Source of the DNA: Opitutales bacterium
GTDB taxonomy: Bacteria > Verrucomicrobiota > Verrucomicrobiia > Opitutales > PNEW01
DNA: 64,000 bases
NCBI GenBank assembly: GCA_965197745.1
Contig: CBDANS010000007.1
Location: forward strand, 608,001-672,000
Direction: 5' to 3'
Part shown: one piece after another, positions 18,443-28,191 of the stretch
How positions within the stretch are numbered: position 1 is the stretch's first letter
Layout: every line of letters starts with the position of its first letter
Notes under the pieces: generated by a model
The model's database searches: none
What the model was told of the DNA's origin: nothing
The model's input: only the letters and a program-made list of their open reading frames with translations
Made by a program: the position numbers and the translations under genes

Positions 18443-18850
18443 TCATGGTATGGTAACAAAGCAATCAACGAGTAATTGATAAGCTCCTTTCCTCTTACAG
18501 CCACGTTTACCACGTACATATACTACAGTTCCAACATCGTATGGAGGGCGTTTATAATCTTTTGTAGAGCATTGAATGTCGTATAAAAATTCGCCTTGCA
18601 TATCTCGAGCAAAAAAGTGATCGAGACCATCAATATTCTCAACTCTCAAAACATATATCACATAGTTTTGTTTGAAAACAAAAAGCCACGTTTTTAATTC
18701 AGGAATAGCACATAAAAGAACACACAAAAGCATCAAACTTGCAAAGCCAAACAATATCATTGTGGACTCCTGGTGGATGTAGAACTCGATAATAAGACCA
18801 ATCCCGACTCCAAAGCCAAACAGGAAACAGTTTCTAAGTCTTTTAACCAC
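18443..18850 (-). CDS. Hypothetical passenger protein with 2 N-terminal TM segments
   Basis: 135 aa ORF inside the IS1595 IRs. Confidence 0.55.
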   Translation of the reverse strand: MVKRLRNCFLFGFGVGIGLIIEFYIHQESTMILFGFASLMLLCVLLCAIPELKTWLFVFKQNYVIYVLRVENIDGLDHFFARDMQGEFLYDIQCSTKDYKRPPYDVGTVVYVRGKRGCKRKGAYQLLVDCFVTIP

Positions 18851-19348
18851 TTATGTTTCATAATTAATGGTTGTTGTCTTGTGTTAAGGTTATAAACGCG
18901 ATGTTAATAGGTCTAATGTCGGCTGCCAGGCAAGTAAACGGGCAAAGGAAGGATCGCGAAAGGGACAGTCAATTATCAGCCCGCCAAAATTTTTAATCGC
19001 TTCAGTATATTCATCTTCTTCTTCGATAATGCGCGCAGAAGCTTTTTTTAAATCTGAGAGTATATCCTGATCAAGGATGCCGTCGACGAGACAGTATCCC
19101 TCTTCAGTAAGTTGATTTCGTTTTTCTTGAGCCTCGTTATGAGCGATCATGGGTTCTAGTCAAAAGGTCATAGGGTAAAAGCGATAAAGAGAATATGCAT
19201 CTATGCGGAAAGATACTGAATACAGGATGCAGGATACAGGATGCAGGATACAAGTAAATCATAGAGCTATCCACTATTGAGGATGTGTGGCTTTGCTCTT
19301 AGTACGTTTATCCTCTTTGTCGCATTCACACTTATACGCATAACCCCA

Positions 19349-21382
19349 TTATCCCTTATATGCCGCCCGCAATTCGCGGCGCATGATTTTATTAGAAGCT
19401 GTTCTTGGAAGATCAACGGTTAAAACGACATCAAATATGCGAAATAGAGGGTTGAGGTAATTTTTTATGGTATTCTGCATTTGCTGTTTTAATGACTCCT
19501 TTTTCAATAAAACATCCGGTTCTAGAACCGTAAAAATGACGAGCGACTCCGGACCTCCATTGGGAGGTGAAACAGAAATCGCGGCAGTTTCACTAACCCC
19601 TTCAATCTGGTTGAGAGTGCGTTCAATTTCAGCAGAGCTTATTTTAATACCGCCCAGGTTCATTGTGTCATCGACGCGACCGTGCGCGCGATAATAGCCA
19701 TCTCCAAGGCGTTCCATCTGGTCTCCATGGCGACGCAAAGCAATTCCGGATACTCCCCGGGGTGTTCCATCATAATAAACTTCATGATGATCGCGATTCA
19801 AAAGTTCTCGGGATAATCCTATGGCTGGTGGGACAAGGAATAATTCTCCATTATCTGTTTCAATTGCGTTTTCATCGAGAATGACAACATCAAGTCCAAG
19901 CGCTGGAGTGGAAAAGGTGGCAGGTGACGCCGGTTGAACCAGGGTCCCGGTAATATAGCCGCCGCCGATCTCTGTCCCTCCGCAATATTCAATTATTGGC
20001 TTATAACCCGCAAGCGACATTAAAAAAAGCATATCAGTAGCATTGGAACTTTCACCGGTTGAGCTGAAAGCTTTAATCTTGCTCCAGCTTAATCCACTTA
20101 TGCAGTTGGAATTTTTCCAGGCTTTAACGATGCTGGGAACGAGGCCGAGCATTGTGATCTCCGCGTCCTGAACAAATTTTCCAAATCCCCTTCCCGTGGG
20201 AACACCATAATACAACCCCATGGATGCTTTATTGACCAAGCTCGCAAAGATCAACCATGGTCCCATCATCCATCCCAGGTTAGTGGGCCATGCGACTCTG
20301 TCACCTGCTTGAATGTCCTGGTGAAGAAATCCATCTCCTGCGCTCTTAATGGGTGTTGTCTGTGTCCAGGGAATCGCTTTCGGTTCTCCCGTCGTTCCCG
20401 ATGAATAGAGAATAGTAATGTGATCGTCGGGTGAACGGGGTATTGATTCGAATTGAAGGTTATCACTTAAGAACGCATCCCATTCGCAATCTTCATCGCG
20501 TAGTTTGACTGTCTCCACCTCATCATCGGAGAGAACGATCGAGCGAGGTGCATCAGCCGATACTATTTTTTCATACAAGGGTAGTTTTTTCCCATCACGA
20601 TATATAAAATCCTGGGTAAAGACACCAATTGCTTTAGCAATCTCAATGCGCAGAGCGATCGCATCCGGGGCAAAACTGTCGGCAATAGAGACAGCAACAC
20701 ATCCAGCTTTAATAATACCCAGGTAAATAGCAACGCACTCGACGGTCATCGGCATACAAATAGCAAGCGAATCACCCGGAGAGAAACCAGCATTGACAAC
20801 TCCGTTGGCTACGCGATTAGTCAGCGCTTCAAGCTCACTATAGCTAGTTGTGAGTATATCACTTTTTTCACCTTGAGTGATAATTGCCATGGCATCCTCG
20901 GGCGCTTGAAAACAGCTATCGACGATATTGAACTTAGCGCTGGTTAACCAGCGTGGTGATTCTATGGGAGTTGAGTGATCAAGTATATCTGTAGGAGATT
21001 CCTTAAAAAGGATATTTAACTTTTTGATTATGAAGTCCCAGAAAGCTTCTCGATTTTGAATAGACCATTGAAAGAACGCATCGTAAGAATCTATATTTAA
21101 CGCTTTCATCACCACGGCGATGTTGGTTGCGTTTCTGATCTCGTCTGTAGGTATCCATGCTGGTGGGGGCCCTTTTGTTGAATCCCAGTTGGCAAATACG
21201 GAATTATATAAATACAAGTGCAGTTCAAAAGGGTGCTCCCGGGTCAGTATTTTTTTTGAAATTACCTGCCAAAGTTGTGCCTCTGAGAGTGACAATGAGA
21301 GCTCATTGATCTGTTGCGCCATTGAATTCGCCGCGGACCTTTCCAATCCTATTTCTGCAATACGCTCAATTTTCAAATTCAT
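19349..21382 (-). CDS. AMP-binding acyl-CoA synthetase
   Basis: YSSGTTGEPK, YCGGTEIGG, GRVDD, LPRTASNK. Confidence 0.92.
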   Translation of the reverse strand: MNLKIERIAEIGLERSAANSMAQQINELSLSLSEAQLWQVISKKILTREHPFELHLYLYNSVFANWDSTKGPPPAWIPTDEIRNATNIAVVMKALNIDSYDAFFQWSIQNREAFWDFIIKKLNILFKESPTDILDHSTPIESPRWLTSAKFNIVDSCFQAPEDAMAIITQGEKSDILTTSYSELEALTNRVANGVVNAGFSPGDSLAICMPMTVECVAIYLGIIKAGCVAVSIADSFAPDAIALRIEIAKAIGVFTQDFIYRDGKKLPLYEKIVSADAPRSIVLSDDEVETVKLRDEDCEWDAFLSDNLQFESIPRSPDDHITILYSSGTTGEPKAIPWTQTTPIKSAGDGFLHQDIQAGDRVAWPTNLGWMMGPWLIFASLVNKASMGLYYGVPTGRGFGKFVQDAEITMLGLVPSIVKAWKNSNCISGLSWSKIKAFSSTGESSNATDMLFLMSLAGYKPIIEYCGGTEIGGGYITGTLVQPASPATFSTPALGLDVVILDENAIETDNGELFLVPPAIGLSRELLNRDHHEVYYDGTPRGVSGIALRRHGDQMERLGDGYYRAHGRVDDTMNLGGIKISSAEIERTLNQIEGVSETAAISVSPPNGGPESLVIFTVLEPDVLLKKESLKQQMQNTIKNYLNPLFRIFDVVLTVDLPRTASNKIMRRELRAAYKG

Positions 21383-21395
21383 CTCTTACGCTTTA

Positions 21396-23084
21396 CTATC
21401 GTACGTGCCGGCTTTGGATGGAATTCAATACTTTGAGGTTACGCCATTTTGCCGTAGCCCCTTGTCCGAAAATAGTTTGTTTATATTCAGGATCCAGTCC
21501 CGGGATGATTCCGCCCCGGCCATTCGGAAGATCATCAAGGAGGGTGAAGATCGCTATCGCCACGCGGAAATGGGCAGGTTTGACGATGGGAGCGGCGGGA
21601 GGTCCGAGGCTTGTGATCCAGGTTACTTTATGGACTAACTCACTATCGACTAACCATCTGGCTTGGTCCGGGCCAGGAGTGAACCATCCGTCATCACCCG
21701 GGTCGTAAATAATCTCATAGCGATGCCACGAACCTGGATTGATTTCAAGTTCAGTGAGGACTGGATCAGCTAATGGAAGGTCTGACCCTGGGCCACCGGG
21801 AGCATTTACGGAAAATCGTTCACGCAAAGCGAGAACACGCCTGTTCGAAACTTCAAAATTCAGAACTGAGCCCGATGCATCGTCGATTAGGGCAATCGAA
21901 CCGCTGGCCAGTCGAGGATCATCAGGATCAGCGCCAAATGGATTTTTCTCAGTGCCATAGGTATCAACAGCGAGTTCCACCGATACGGTTAGGCCACCAC
22001 TGGTAGGGAAGCGACGATCGGTAATAACCATAGCTTTTACATGATCGAGAGGATTGTCCTGCCCGAGGGTGAAGCGAGGAATATCAATTTTAAATTCCGG
22101 AAGCTCATGAGTTGGAGCAGTAATTGTTGCCGCGGGATCATGAATGTCTACGCCATCGATATTAAATAGATTCCAACCGGAACCGATAACCGGGGAACCA
22201 GAAGACCAGTCATTAAATTCTCGTCCTTCACCTTCCATGAAATAAGAAGGTGCGGGGATTCCGCGCCAGACATCCACGGTTTTGGGTTCGTTTTTCCATG
22301 CACGGGGTTGATAATTATCTTCATCCTCGATCAGAATCATTTCCGTACTTAATTCAATCACATTTCCAGCGGCATCGGGGATATAGAGAAAAAGATTTCC
22401 GCCCGGTCCATGGCGGCTCGGTCCGTAGATGATTGGAATGTCATTAGTGTAAAGGGAATCACAGATATTTTTAAAGACGCTCCAATCAGATAAATCAAAA
22501 CAGTAGTGATTCACTTTTGAGATTCCAGCGTTGATAATTGCGATACCATGGTGTTCCTGGTTACACCGAATCCAGGCGAGAGAATCATCCTCTAAAGTGT
22601 CAGAGATGCGAAAACCCAATAACTCGGTATAAAAGGCGAGGGAAGTCTCCAAATCTTTTGCCATAAATGTGATGTGGCCGAATTTAAGAGGTCGAACATC
22701 GTTTGCTGGGAGGGTTTGCTTAATGGATTCCATACCCTCGTATAATTCGAGTAGAAATCCATCCGGATCCCGGTAACAATAAGCTTCGCCCTGACCCGGC
22801 TCCTCGTAGTCTCTCTTTATGGGTTCATGCCCATGGCTGGCTAATACATCCCGCGCCGCTAGTAACGCTTCCTTGTCATTTACTTCCAGTCCAAGATGAT
22901 GCATCCCTCTCTTTTCGCCTGGATATAATGCGAGACAATGATGTTCATTGTTACAGCGGAGAAAAACGGCTTCGCCGGCCCGATCCGAAATCTCCATGCC
23001 TAATATCTTTTCGTAAAAAGAAGCCGTTTCCTCGACATCGTGAACGGTAAAGGCAACGTGTCCGAGGCGTTTGATATTTATCAT
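21396..23084 (-). CDS. VOC/extradiol dioxygenase-like protein fused to an unknown C-terminal domain
   Basis: Two VOC modules, HGPGGNLFLYIPDAAGNVIE; about 270 extra C-terminal residues. Confidence 0.75.
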   Translation of the reverse strand: MINIKRLGHVAFTVHDVEETASFYEKILGMEISDRAGEAVFLRCNNEHHCLALYPGEKRGMHHLGLEVNDKEALLAARDVLASHGHEPIKRDYEEPGQGEAYCYRDPDGFLLELYEGMESIKQTLPANDVRPLKFGHITFMAKDLETSLAFYTELLGFRISDTLEDDSLAWIRCNQEHHGIAIINAGISKVNHYCFDLSDWSVFKNICDSLYTNDIPIIYGPSRHGPGGNLFLYIPDAAGNVIELSTEMILIEDEDNYQPRAWKNEPKTVDVWRGIPAPSYFMEGEGREFNDWSSGSPVIGSGWNLFNIDGVDIHDPAATITAPTHELPEFKIDIPRFTLGQDNPLDHVKAMVITDRRFPTSGGLTVSVELAVDTYGTEKNPFGADPDDPRLASGSIALIDDASGSVLNFEVSNRRVLALRERFSVNAPGGPGSDLPLADPVLTELEINPGSWHRYEIIYDPGDDGWFTPGPDQARWLVDSELVHKVTWITSLGPPAAPIVKPAHFRVAIAIFTLLDDLPNGRGGIIPGLDPEYKQTIFGQGATAKWRNLKVLNSIQSRHVR

Positions 23085-23087
23085 GGA

Positions 23088-23978
23088 TTATTTATCCTCA
23101 ACTTCATCAATTATTCTTTGAAGGTTTATACAGCTTGTTCGAGTCCCTTCGATCAAAGTTTCCAAAGTACTGTTTACTTTTCGCTCGTACTCAATCGACC
23201 ATAACCCGTTAAAAGATTTTGAAAGCTTGCCAATAATGGGTGGCCAGTCGATATCACCCTCACCAAATGCCCGGTACTCGACACCTTTGTCTGTATGAGC
23301 GACATCTTTCCAATGGGTATATTTAATTCTATCTTCTATCTGAAGCAGTGCATGATAGGGATCTTCACCTCCATAGGCAAAATTAGCGGGATCGAAAGTC
23401 ACCCCCACTGATTCATAGGGAATCATATCAAGTAGCCTTTTCAAGCGCGCTCCCGTTGCCGAGCTGCCCCCATGATTTTCGATGGCTAGGGATACATTTT
23501 TTCCCTGTGCATAATCCCCGACTTTATTAAAGGCTTCCCCGAGTGTAGAGTAGAGAGCATCAGTTACTCTTTCCGCAGGTAGGACATAATGTTGGGAAGC
23601 AGTAAAATCATGTTCGGTGAATACCCTGATCACGCGTGCATCCAAGGCATCGGCAATATCTATGACTTTCATTATCTCAGTGGATTGGTCATTCGCATTA
23701 TTTCCATCGAGCGCTACCACGGCTCCACCTCCCAGGGCAGCTACTTTCACTCCTGCTTCGGTAGCCAAATGCCTGACTTTTTCTATTTCTTCTGGAGTAG
23801 CATCTAATGAGATCGCGTTTTTCGCTTCCCCCACCAGCCAACCAGCGTCAATTTCCACTGACGATATCCCGGATTTTATTGAGGCCTCAAAAAAATCATT
23901 CAAGTTATATTCCCTGAACCCATAGGATGCATTACCAAGCGTAATTGCTGTATGCTTAGCCATCATATTTCTCTTCAC
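23088..23978 (-). CDS. Sugar phosphate isomerase/epimerase (TIM barrel)
   Basis: IENH, FDPAN, HWKD, SIEYE motifs. Confidence 0.88.
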   Translation of the reverse strand: MKRNMMAKHTAITLGNASYGFREYNLNDFFEASIKSGISSVEIDAGWLVGEAKNAISLDATPEEIEKVRHLATEAGVKVAALGGGAVVALDGNNANDQSTEIMKVIDIADALDARVIRVFTEHDFTASQHYVLPAERVTDALYSTLGEAFNKVGDYAQGKNVSLAIENHGGSSATGARLKRLLDMIPYESVGVTFDPANFAYGGEDPYHALLQIEDRIKYTHWKDVAHTDKGVEYRAFGEGDIDWPPIIGKLSKSFNGLWSIEYERKVNSTLETLIEGTRTSCINLQRIIDEVEDK

Positions 23979-24000
23979 ATATAATTGTAAAAATCAGGAT

Positions 24001-24750
24001 CTATTTGGCGGAGATACCACCGTCAACTGCCATGATATGACCGGTGACAAAAGATGCAGCATCGGAACAAAGCCACACCACTGTTTCAGCAATCTCTTCC
24101 GGTTCACCTATTCTACCCACGGGATGCTCCTTGATAAATCCTTCTACCGCCTCCGGGTTAATCTCCTTCTGGCGGTGGACCATGGGTGTGGCTATGAGAC
24201 CGGGATTGATAGCGTTCACCCGAATACCCGAAGCTGCAGTTTCTACAGCAGCCGTGCGTGTTAACTGCAATACACCACCTTTTGATGCGCTGTAGGCCGG
24301 CAATTCCGGAACCCCTCGGACGGCGGCGTTAGATGCGGTATTAACAATCGCTCCACCGCCCTGCTTAACCATTTGCGGTATTTCATATTTCATGCACAAC
24401 CATACACCTTTGAGATTGGTGTTTATGATCCGATTAAAGTTGTCTTCGCTACAATCTGCAGTCGTAGACATTTCACCTAGAATACCGGCATTGTTAAAGG
24501 CACAATCCAGGTGACCGAATTTTTCTACACTGTGATTTATCAGCGTTTCAACTTCAGATGCGATTGAAACATCGCATTTTATAAATATTCCTTTACCTCC
24601 CATTTCTTTAATGAGGGCAACGGTCTCATTTCCATTTTCATCATCAATATCAGCAACCACAACTTCGGCCCTTTCACGCGCAAAAACCAGAGCCGTCGCA
24701 CGACCAATCCCTGATCCCCCTCCGGTCACGAGTGCTACTTTATTTTTCAT
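24001..24750 (-). CDS. SDR oxidoreductase
   Basis: TGGGSGIG, NNAG, YSASK. Confidence 0.93.
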   Translation of the reverse strand: MKNKVALVTGGGSGIGRATALVFARERAEVVVADIDDENGNETVALIKEMGGKGIFIKCDVSIASEVETLINHSVEKFGHLDCAFNNAGILGEMSTTADCSEDNFNRIINTNLKGVWLCMKYEIPQMVKQGGGAIVNTASNAAVRGVPELPAYSASKGGVLQLTRTAAVETAASGIRVNAINPGLIATPMVHRQKEINPEAVEGFIKEHPVGRIGEPEEIAETVVWLCSDAASFVTGHIMAVDGGISAK

Positions 24751-24894
24751 TTTTCAGCCATCCACTTTAAATAAAAAGCATTCATCAAAATTCGATATTT
24801 TCTTCTTCCTGATGATTTTCAATAGTTTTTGTTAGTTGATCAAAATTCTATGAATCTATTGACTCATGCTTCTTAGAAGAATATAAGAGTTATT

Positions 24895-25884
24895 ATGTTT
24901 AAAGTAACTGAAAATGATTTAAAATCATTTGAGGATCAAGGATTCATGGTCATTAATGGCGTGCTCGATCCTGAAAAAGACATTAAATCGGTAGAAGAAG
25001 AATACTCAGTCGTTCTCGATTCAATTATTGATGAGTTAATTGATGGAAAAGAACGCTATTCATCCTACCGGGAGCTGCCTTTTCTCGAGCGATACTCTGA
25101 AATGATCTGCGCAGAGATTATCTCGGCCCGAGAATTAGACATTACCTTGCCACCCAATTTTACTGAGGATACACCGATACATTTAGGGCCGGCTGTATTC
25201 CACCATGTTTTGCGCAATCAGAGAATTCTCGATATTATCGAAACATTAATTGGACCGGAAATTTATTGCAACGCCATCCAGCATACACGCATTAAACCGC
25301 CACAAAGAATTATCCCCGAAGCAATGCAGCAGAGTAATATTATTGCATCCACCCTCTGGCACCAGGATATAGGCGTTATAGAGCCCGCGGGTGACGATTC
25401 TGAATTAATTTCTGTATGGATTGCGATGACAGATGTGAATGAGGATAATGGGTGCCTGGTTTTAATTCCTGGAAGTCATAAACAACATTTGGTCCAGCAT
25501 TGTTTTAAGAGGGAACCCGATGGAGTATTCAGGGCTTATCGTATACCCGATGAAAAACTTGATGATGGAGAGCTCACGCCCATGGTCATGAAGGCCGGCG
25601 ACGCCCTTTTTTTTCACAAATCAATGATGCATTCCGCTCATCCGAATAGAAGTGATACCGTTCGCTGGAGTTTTGACTTGCGCTATAATCCGATTGGCGA
25701 GAACGACGGTCGTTCATGGCTACCGGGTTTTGTGGCGCGTAGTTCAGCGAATCCGGAGAGTGTATTGACCGACGCTGAGGTCTGGGCCCAAAACTGGCGG
25801 GAAGCGCGCACCCGGTTGCTAAAAAATGGCGATTCGAAGCGACCGCACAATCGCTGGCATCCAGATGATCCCGGTTGCGCGTGA
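24895..25884 (+). CDS. PhyH-family dioxygenase
   Basis: WHQD, NGCL..IPGSH, MH, RWSFDLRY. Confidence 0.9.
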   Translation: MFKVTENDLKSFEDQGFMVINGVLDPEKDIKSVEEEYSVVLDSIIDELIDGKERYSSYRELPFLERYSEMICAEIISARELDITLPPNFTEDTPIHLGPAVFHHVLRNQRILDIIETLIGPEIYCNAIQHTRIKPPQRIIPEAMQQSNIIASTLWHQDIGVIEPAGDDSELISVWIAMTDVNEDNGCLVLIPGSHKQHLVQHCFKREPDGVFRAYRIPDEKLDDGELTPMVMKAGDALFFHKSMMHSAHPNRSDTVRWSFDLRYNPIGENDGRSWLPGFVARSSANPESVLTDAEVWAQNWREARTRLLKNGDSKRPHNRWHPDDPGCA

Positions 25885-26014
25885 ATTAGCGGTAATGGGT
25901 TTATGTGAATAAGCGTGTATGCGGCGAGAGGGAAGAGCTATCTTCGTCTTCGTCAACCTCTTCGTCTGCTGTTATAAATATGGATACCTACTGTTGGTTA
26001 ATTATTACTTTAAA

Positions 26015-26082
26015 CGGCCACGACGGAGCGTGGCCCTCCAGGAAAGAGACAAAAATGGAGGGCCACGCTCCGTCGTGTCCGC
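26015..26082. repeat. REP-like doublet (family A)
   Basis: CGGCCACGACGGAGCGTGGCCCTCCA...TGGAGGGCCACGCTCCGTCGTG, between convergent genes. Confidence 0.8.
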
Positions 26083-26114
26083 TCTTTTGTTCCATGCGAG
26101 TGCAGCAATTTAAT

Positions 26115-27242
26115 TCAGCAGCACCAGTGGCGAATAAGATTACGATACATGGCTGTCCCTTTCTCTAACTGATCGAGAGCAATCCATTCATCATGGGTGT
26201 GTGCCTGTGCGATATTCCCCGGCCCGAAGACAACCAGTTTTTTCATCGCGGAAAACATGGTGCCGTCAGTTCCATAGGAGACGGTTTGTGCTGTTTTTTT
26301 TCCTGCAAGCTGCAACACTTCTTTAACAAAATCGGACTGAGGATCGACATATAGTGGTGAAGCATGAGAGCGAAGATCGAATTCAATTCCATTGTCTTCC
26401 GCCGCTTTTCGTACTCTTTCGACAAGAGAATCAGCATCCTGACCTGGCATGGGGCGAAAATAAACAGTGCACACACTTTGCGGCGGCGTAATATTTATCG
26501 CTTTGGTATGATCGTTGATCCCGATATTCCAACTCATTGTAGGTGGATCAAACTCTTCATTTTGCCAGGACGGATCTGATTCCAACTCGTCGTGGATACG
26601 CTTCATTTCACCGAGGAAAGGGATCATCGCTAAATTTGCATTGATGCCCTCGCGGGTGCTGGAATGAGCCGCTCTCCCTTTCGATGTTGCAACGAATCCA
26701 AAAGTGCCTTTGTGTGCATAGACAACCTCGAGCATCGTCGGTTCGCCGATAATACCGTTGCTTCCCCCTTCGACCATTTCACGGTATAACCGTGAGTTTT
26801 GAGCTACATTAGCTGCACCTCCATAACCGATTTCTTCATCAGCAGTACAGGTAATATAGACTGGATTTTTAAGTTCCGAGTCGGAGATCTGCTCAACTGC
26901 GGCCAACATACAGGCAATAGATCCTTTCATGTCACAGCTGCCTCGTCCATAGAGTTTATCGCCTTTAACTGTTGGAGTAAAGGGACCGTGTTCATCCGTA
27001 AACCAGGGATCAGCCGGCACCACATCGGTATGTCCAAAATAAGCCATTCCTCCTGTACCTTCCCCTTTTTTGCCGATGACATTGATCTTTTTAACCCCGT
27101 TTTCATCGTTATACTCAAGGCGTTCGGTTTCGAAACCCAGTTTTGTCAGCGTCTCCTGCACATAATCGTTTACAGCGGCATTGGATAATACACTGGTAGA
27201 TTCAAATGCAACTAAATCCTGATCATACTGTAGTGAGTTCAT
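26115..27242 (-). CDS. M20 metallopeptidase (ArgE/DapE-like deacylase)
   Basis: GHTDVVP, GRGSCDMKG, DEE, GEPT, AHT.DE. Confidence 0.9.
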   Translation of the reverse strand: MNSLQYDQDLVAFESTSVLSNAAVNDYVQETLTKLGFETERLEYNDENGVKKINVIGKKGEGTGGMAYFGHTDVVPADPWFTDEHGPFTPTVKGDKLYGRGSCDMKGSIACMLAAVEQISDSELKNPVYITCTADEEIGYGGAANVAQNSRLYREMVEGGSNGIIGEPTMLEVVYAHKGTFGFVATSKGRAAHSSTREGINANLAMIPFLGEMKRIHDELESDPSWQNEEFDPPTMSWNIGINDHTKAINITPPQSVCTVYFRPMPGQDADSLVERVRKAAEDNGIEFDLRSHASPLYVDPQSDFVKEVLQLAGKKTAQTVSYGTDGTMFSAMKKLVVFGPGNIAQAHTHDEWIALDQLEKGTAMYRNLIRHWCC

Positions 27243-27347
27243 AACTTTCTTATTTAAGGTATAAAAACCGGTTTGAAAGTGATTAGATTGATAGTACTCA
27301 ATGCGACGGTCGACTCCTAATTTTAAGTGAGCTTTTGTTTGTTATTA

Positions 27348-28109
27348 TTATTGGATACTGAATCCACCGTCGATAACAAGATGATGTCCATTGAGATAGG
27401 AGGCCCTTTCGGAACATAACCAGATTACCGATTCTGCCACTTCCTCCGGTTCAATGAGGCGTTTAAAGGGGTAATCCGCGGTTAATCCTGCCGCCACTTC
27501 TTTATCACCCTGTGTAAAACGGTCGAGCATAGGGGTAGCGACGATAGCCGGACACACCGCGTTGACGCGTATATTATTCTCGATAGATTCCAGCGCGGCG
27601 GCTCGGGTTAAACCAAGCACTCCATGTTTTCCCGCAACGTATGAGGCCATGTCTTTTTGACCGAGAAAACTGACTACAGAGGCAGTGTTAACAATTGCTC
27701 CCGCTCCTGCTGTTCTCATATATGGAATCTCAAATTTCATACACAGCCAGATACTTTTCAGGTTGATGGAAAGCACCTTGTCCCAATCTTCTTCCGTGAT
27801 TTCTGTCAGTGGCGCCATTCGCGGTTCGATGCCGGCATTATTATGAGCGATATCGAGGCGGCCATAGGTTGAAGTGACCTGGTTTACCATCGATTCAACC
27901 TCGCCACTTTGAGATACATCACAGTGGATAAATACTGACCTTCCACCATTTTCTTCGATTTGATGAACCGTTTCTTCACCGTTTTCACTGTCGATGTCGA
28001 CGACCCCGACACGCGCGCCTTCACGGGCAAAGGCAATGGCTGAAGCCCGCCCGATACCGGATCCTCCGCCGGTAACTAATGCCACTTTATCACAAAATAA
28101 TTCTGCCAT
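27348..28109 (-). CDS. SDR oxidoreductase (paralog of 24001-24750)
   Basis: TGGGSGIG, NNAG, YVAGK. Confidence 0.93.
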   Translation of the reverse strand: MAELFCDKVALVTGGGSGIGRASAIAFAREGARVGVVDIDSENGEETVHQIEENGGRSVFIHCDVSQSGEVESMVNQVTSTYGRLDIAHNNAGIEPRMAPLTEITEEDWDKVLSINLKSIWLCMKFEIPYMRTAGAGAIVNTASVVSFLGQKDMASYVAGKHGVLGLTRAAALESIENNIRVNAVCPAIVATPMLDRFTQGDKEVAAGLTADYPFKRLIEPEEVAESVIWLCSERASYLNGHHLVIDGGFSIQ

Positions 28110-28191
28110 CTTTGGTCAGAAATAACAGAACAAGGTGATCTGTCTATAAATAAGTAATTCCTTCAAATCACTGAAGAAATTAATACCTGAA

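Larger units (their letters stand above)
17435..18900 (+). mobile_element. IS1595-family element, 1466 bp, with passenger ORF
   Basis: 23-bp IRs CGCGTTTATAACCTT(T/A)ACACAAG; 8-bp TSD ATGTTAAT at 17427-17434 and 18901-18908. Confidence 0.95.
16822..19150 (-). pseudogene. PhyH-family dioxygenase gene split by IS1595
   Basis: Removing the IS and one TSD copy gives in-frame ...PTLDLLT-LMGFDDVRW...WHQD...PGSH...LH. Confidence 0.92.
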
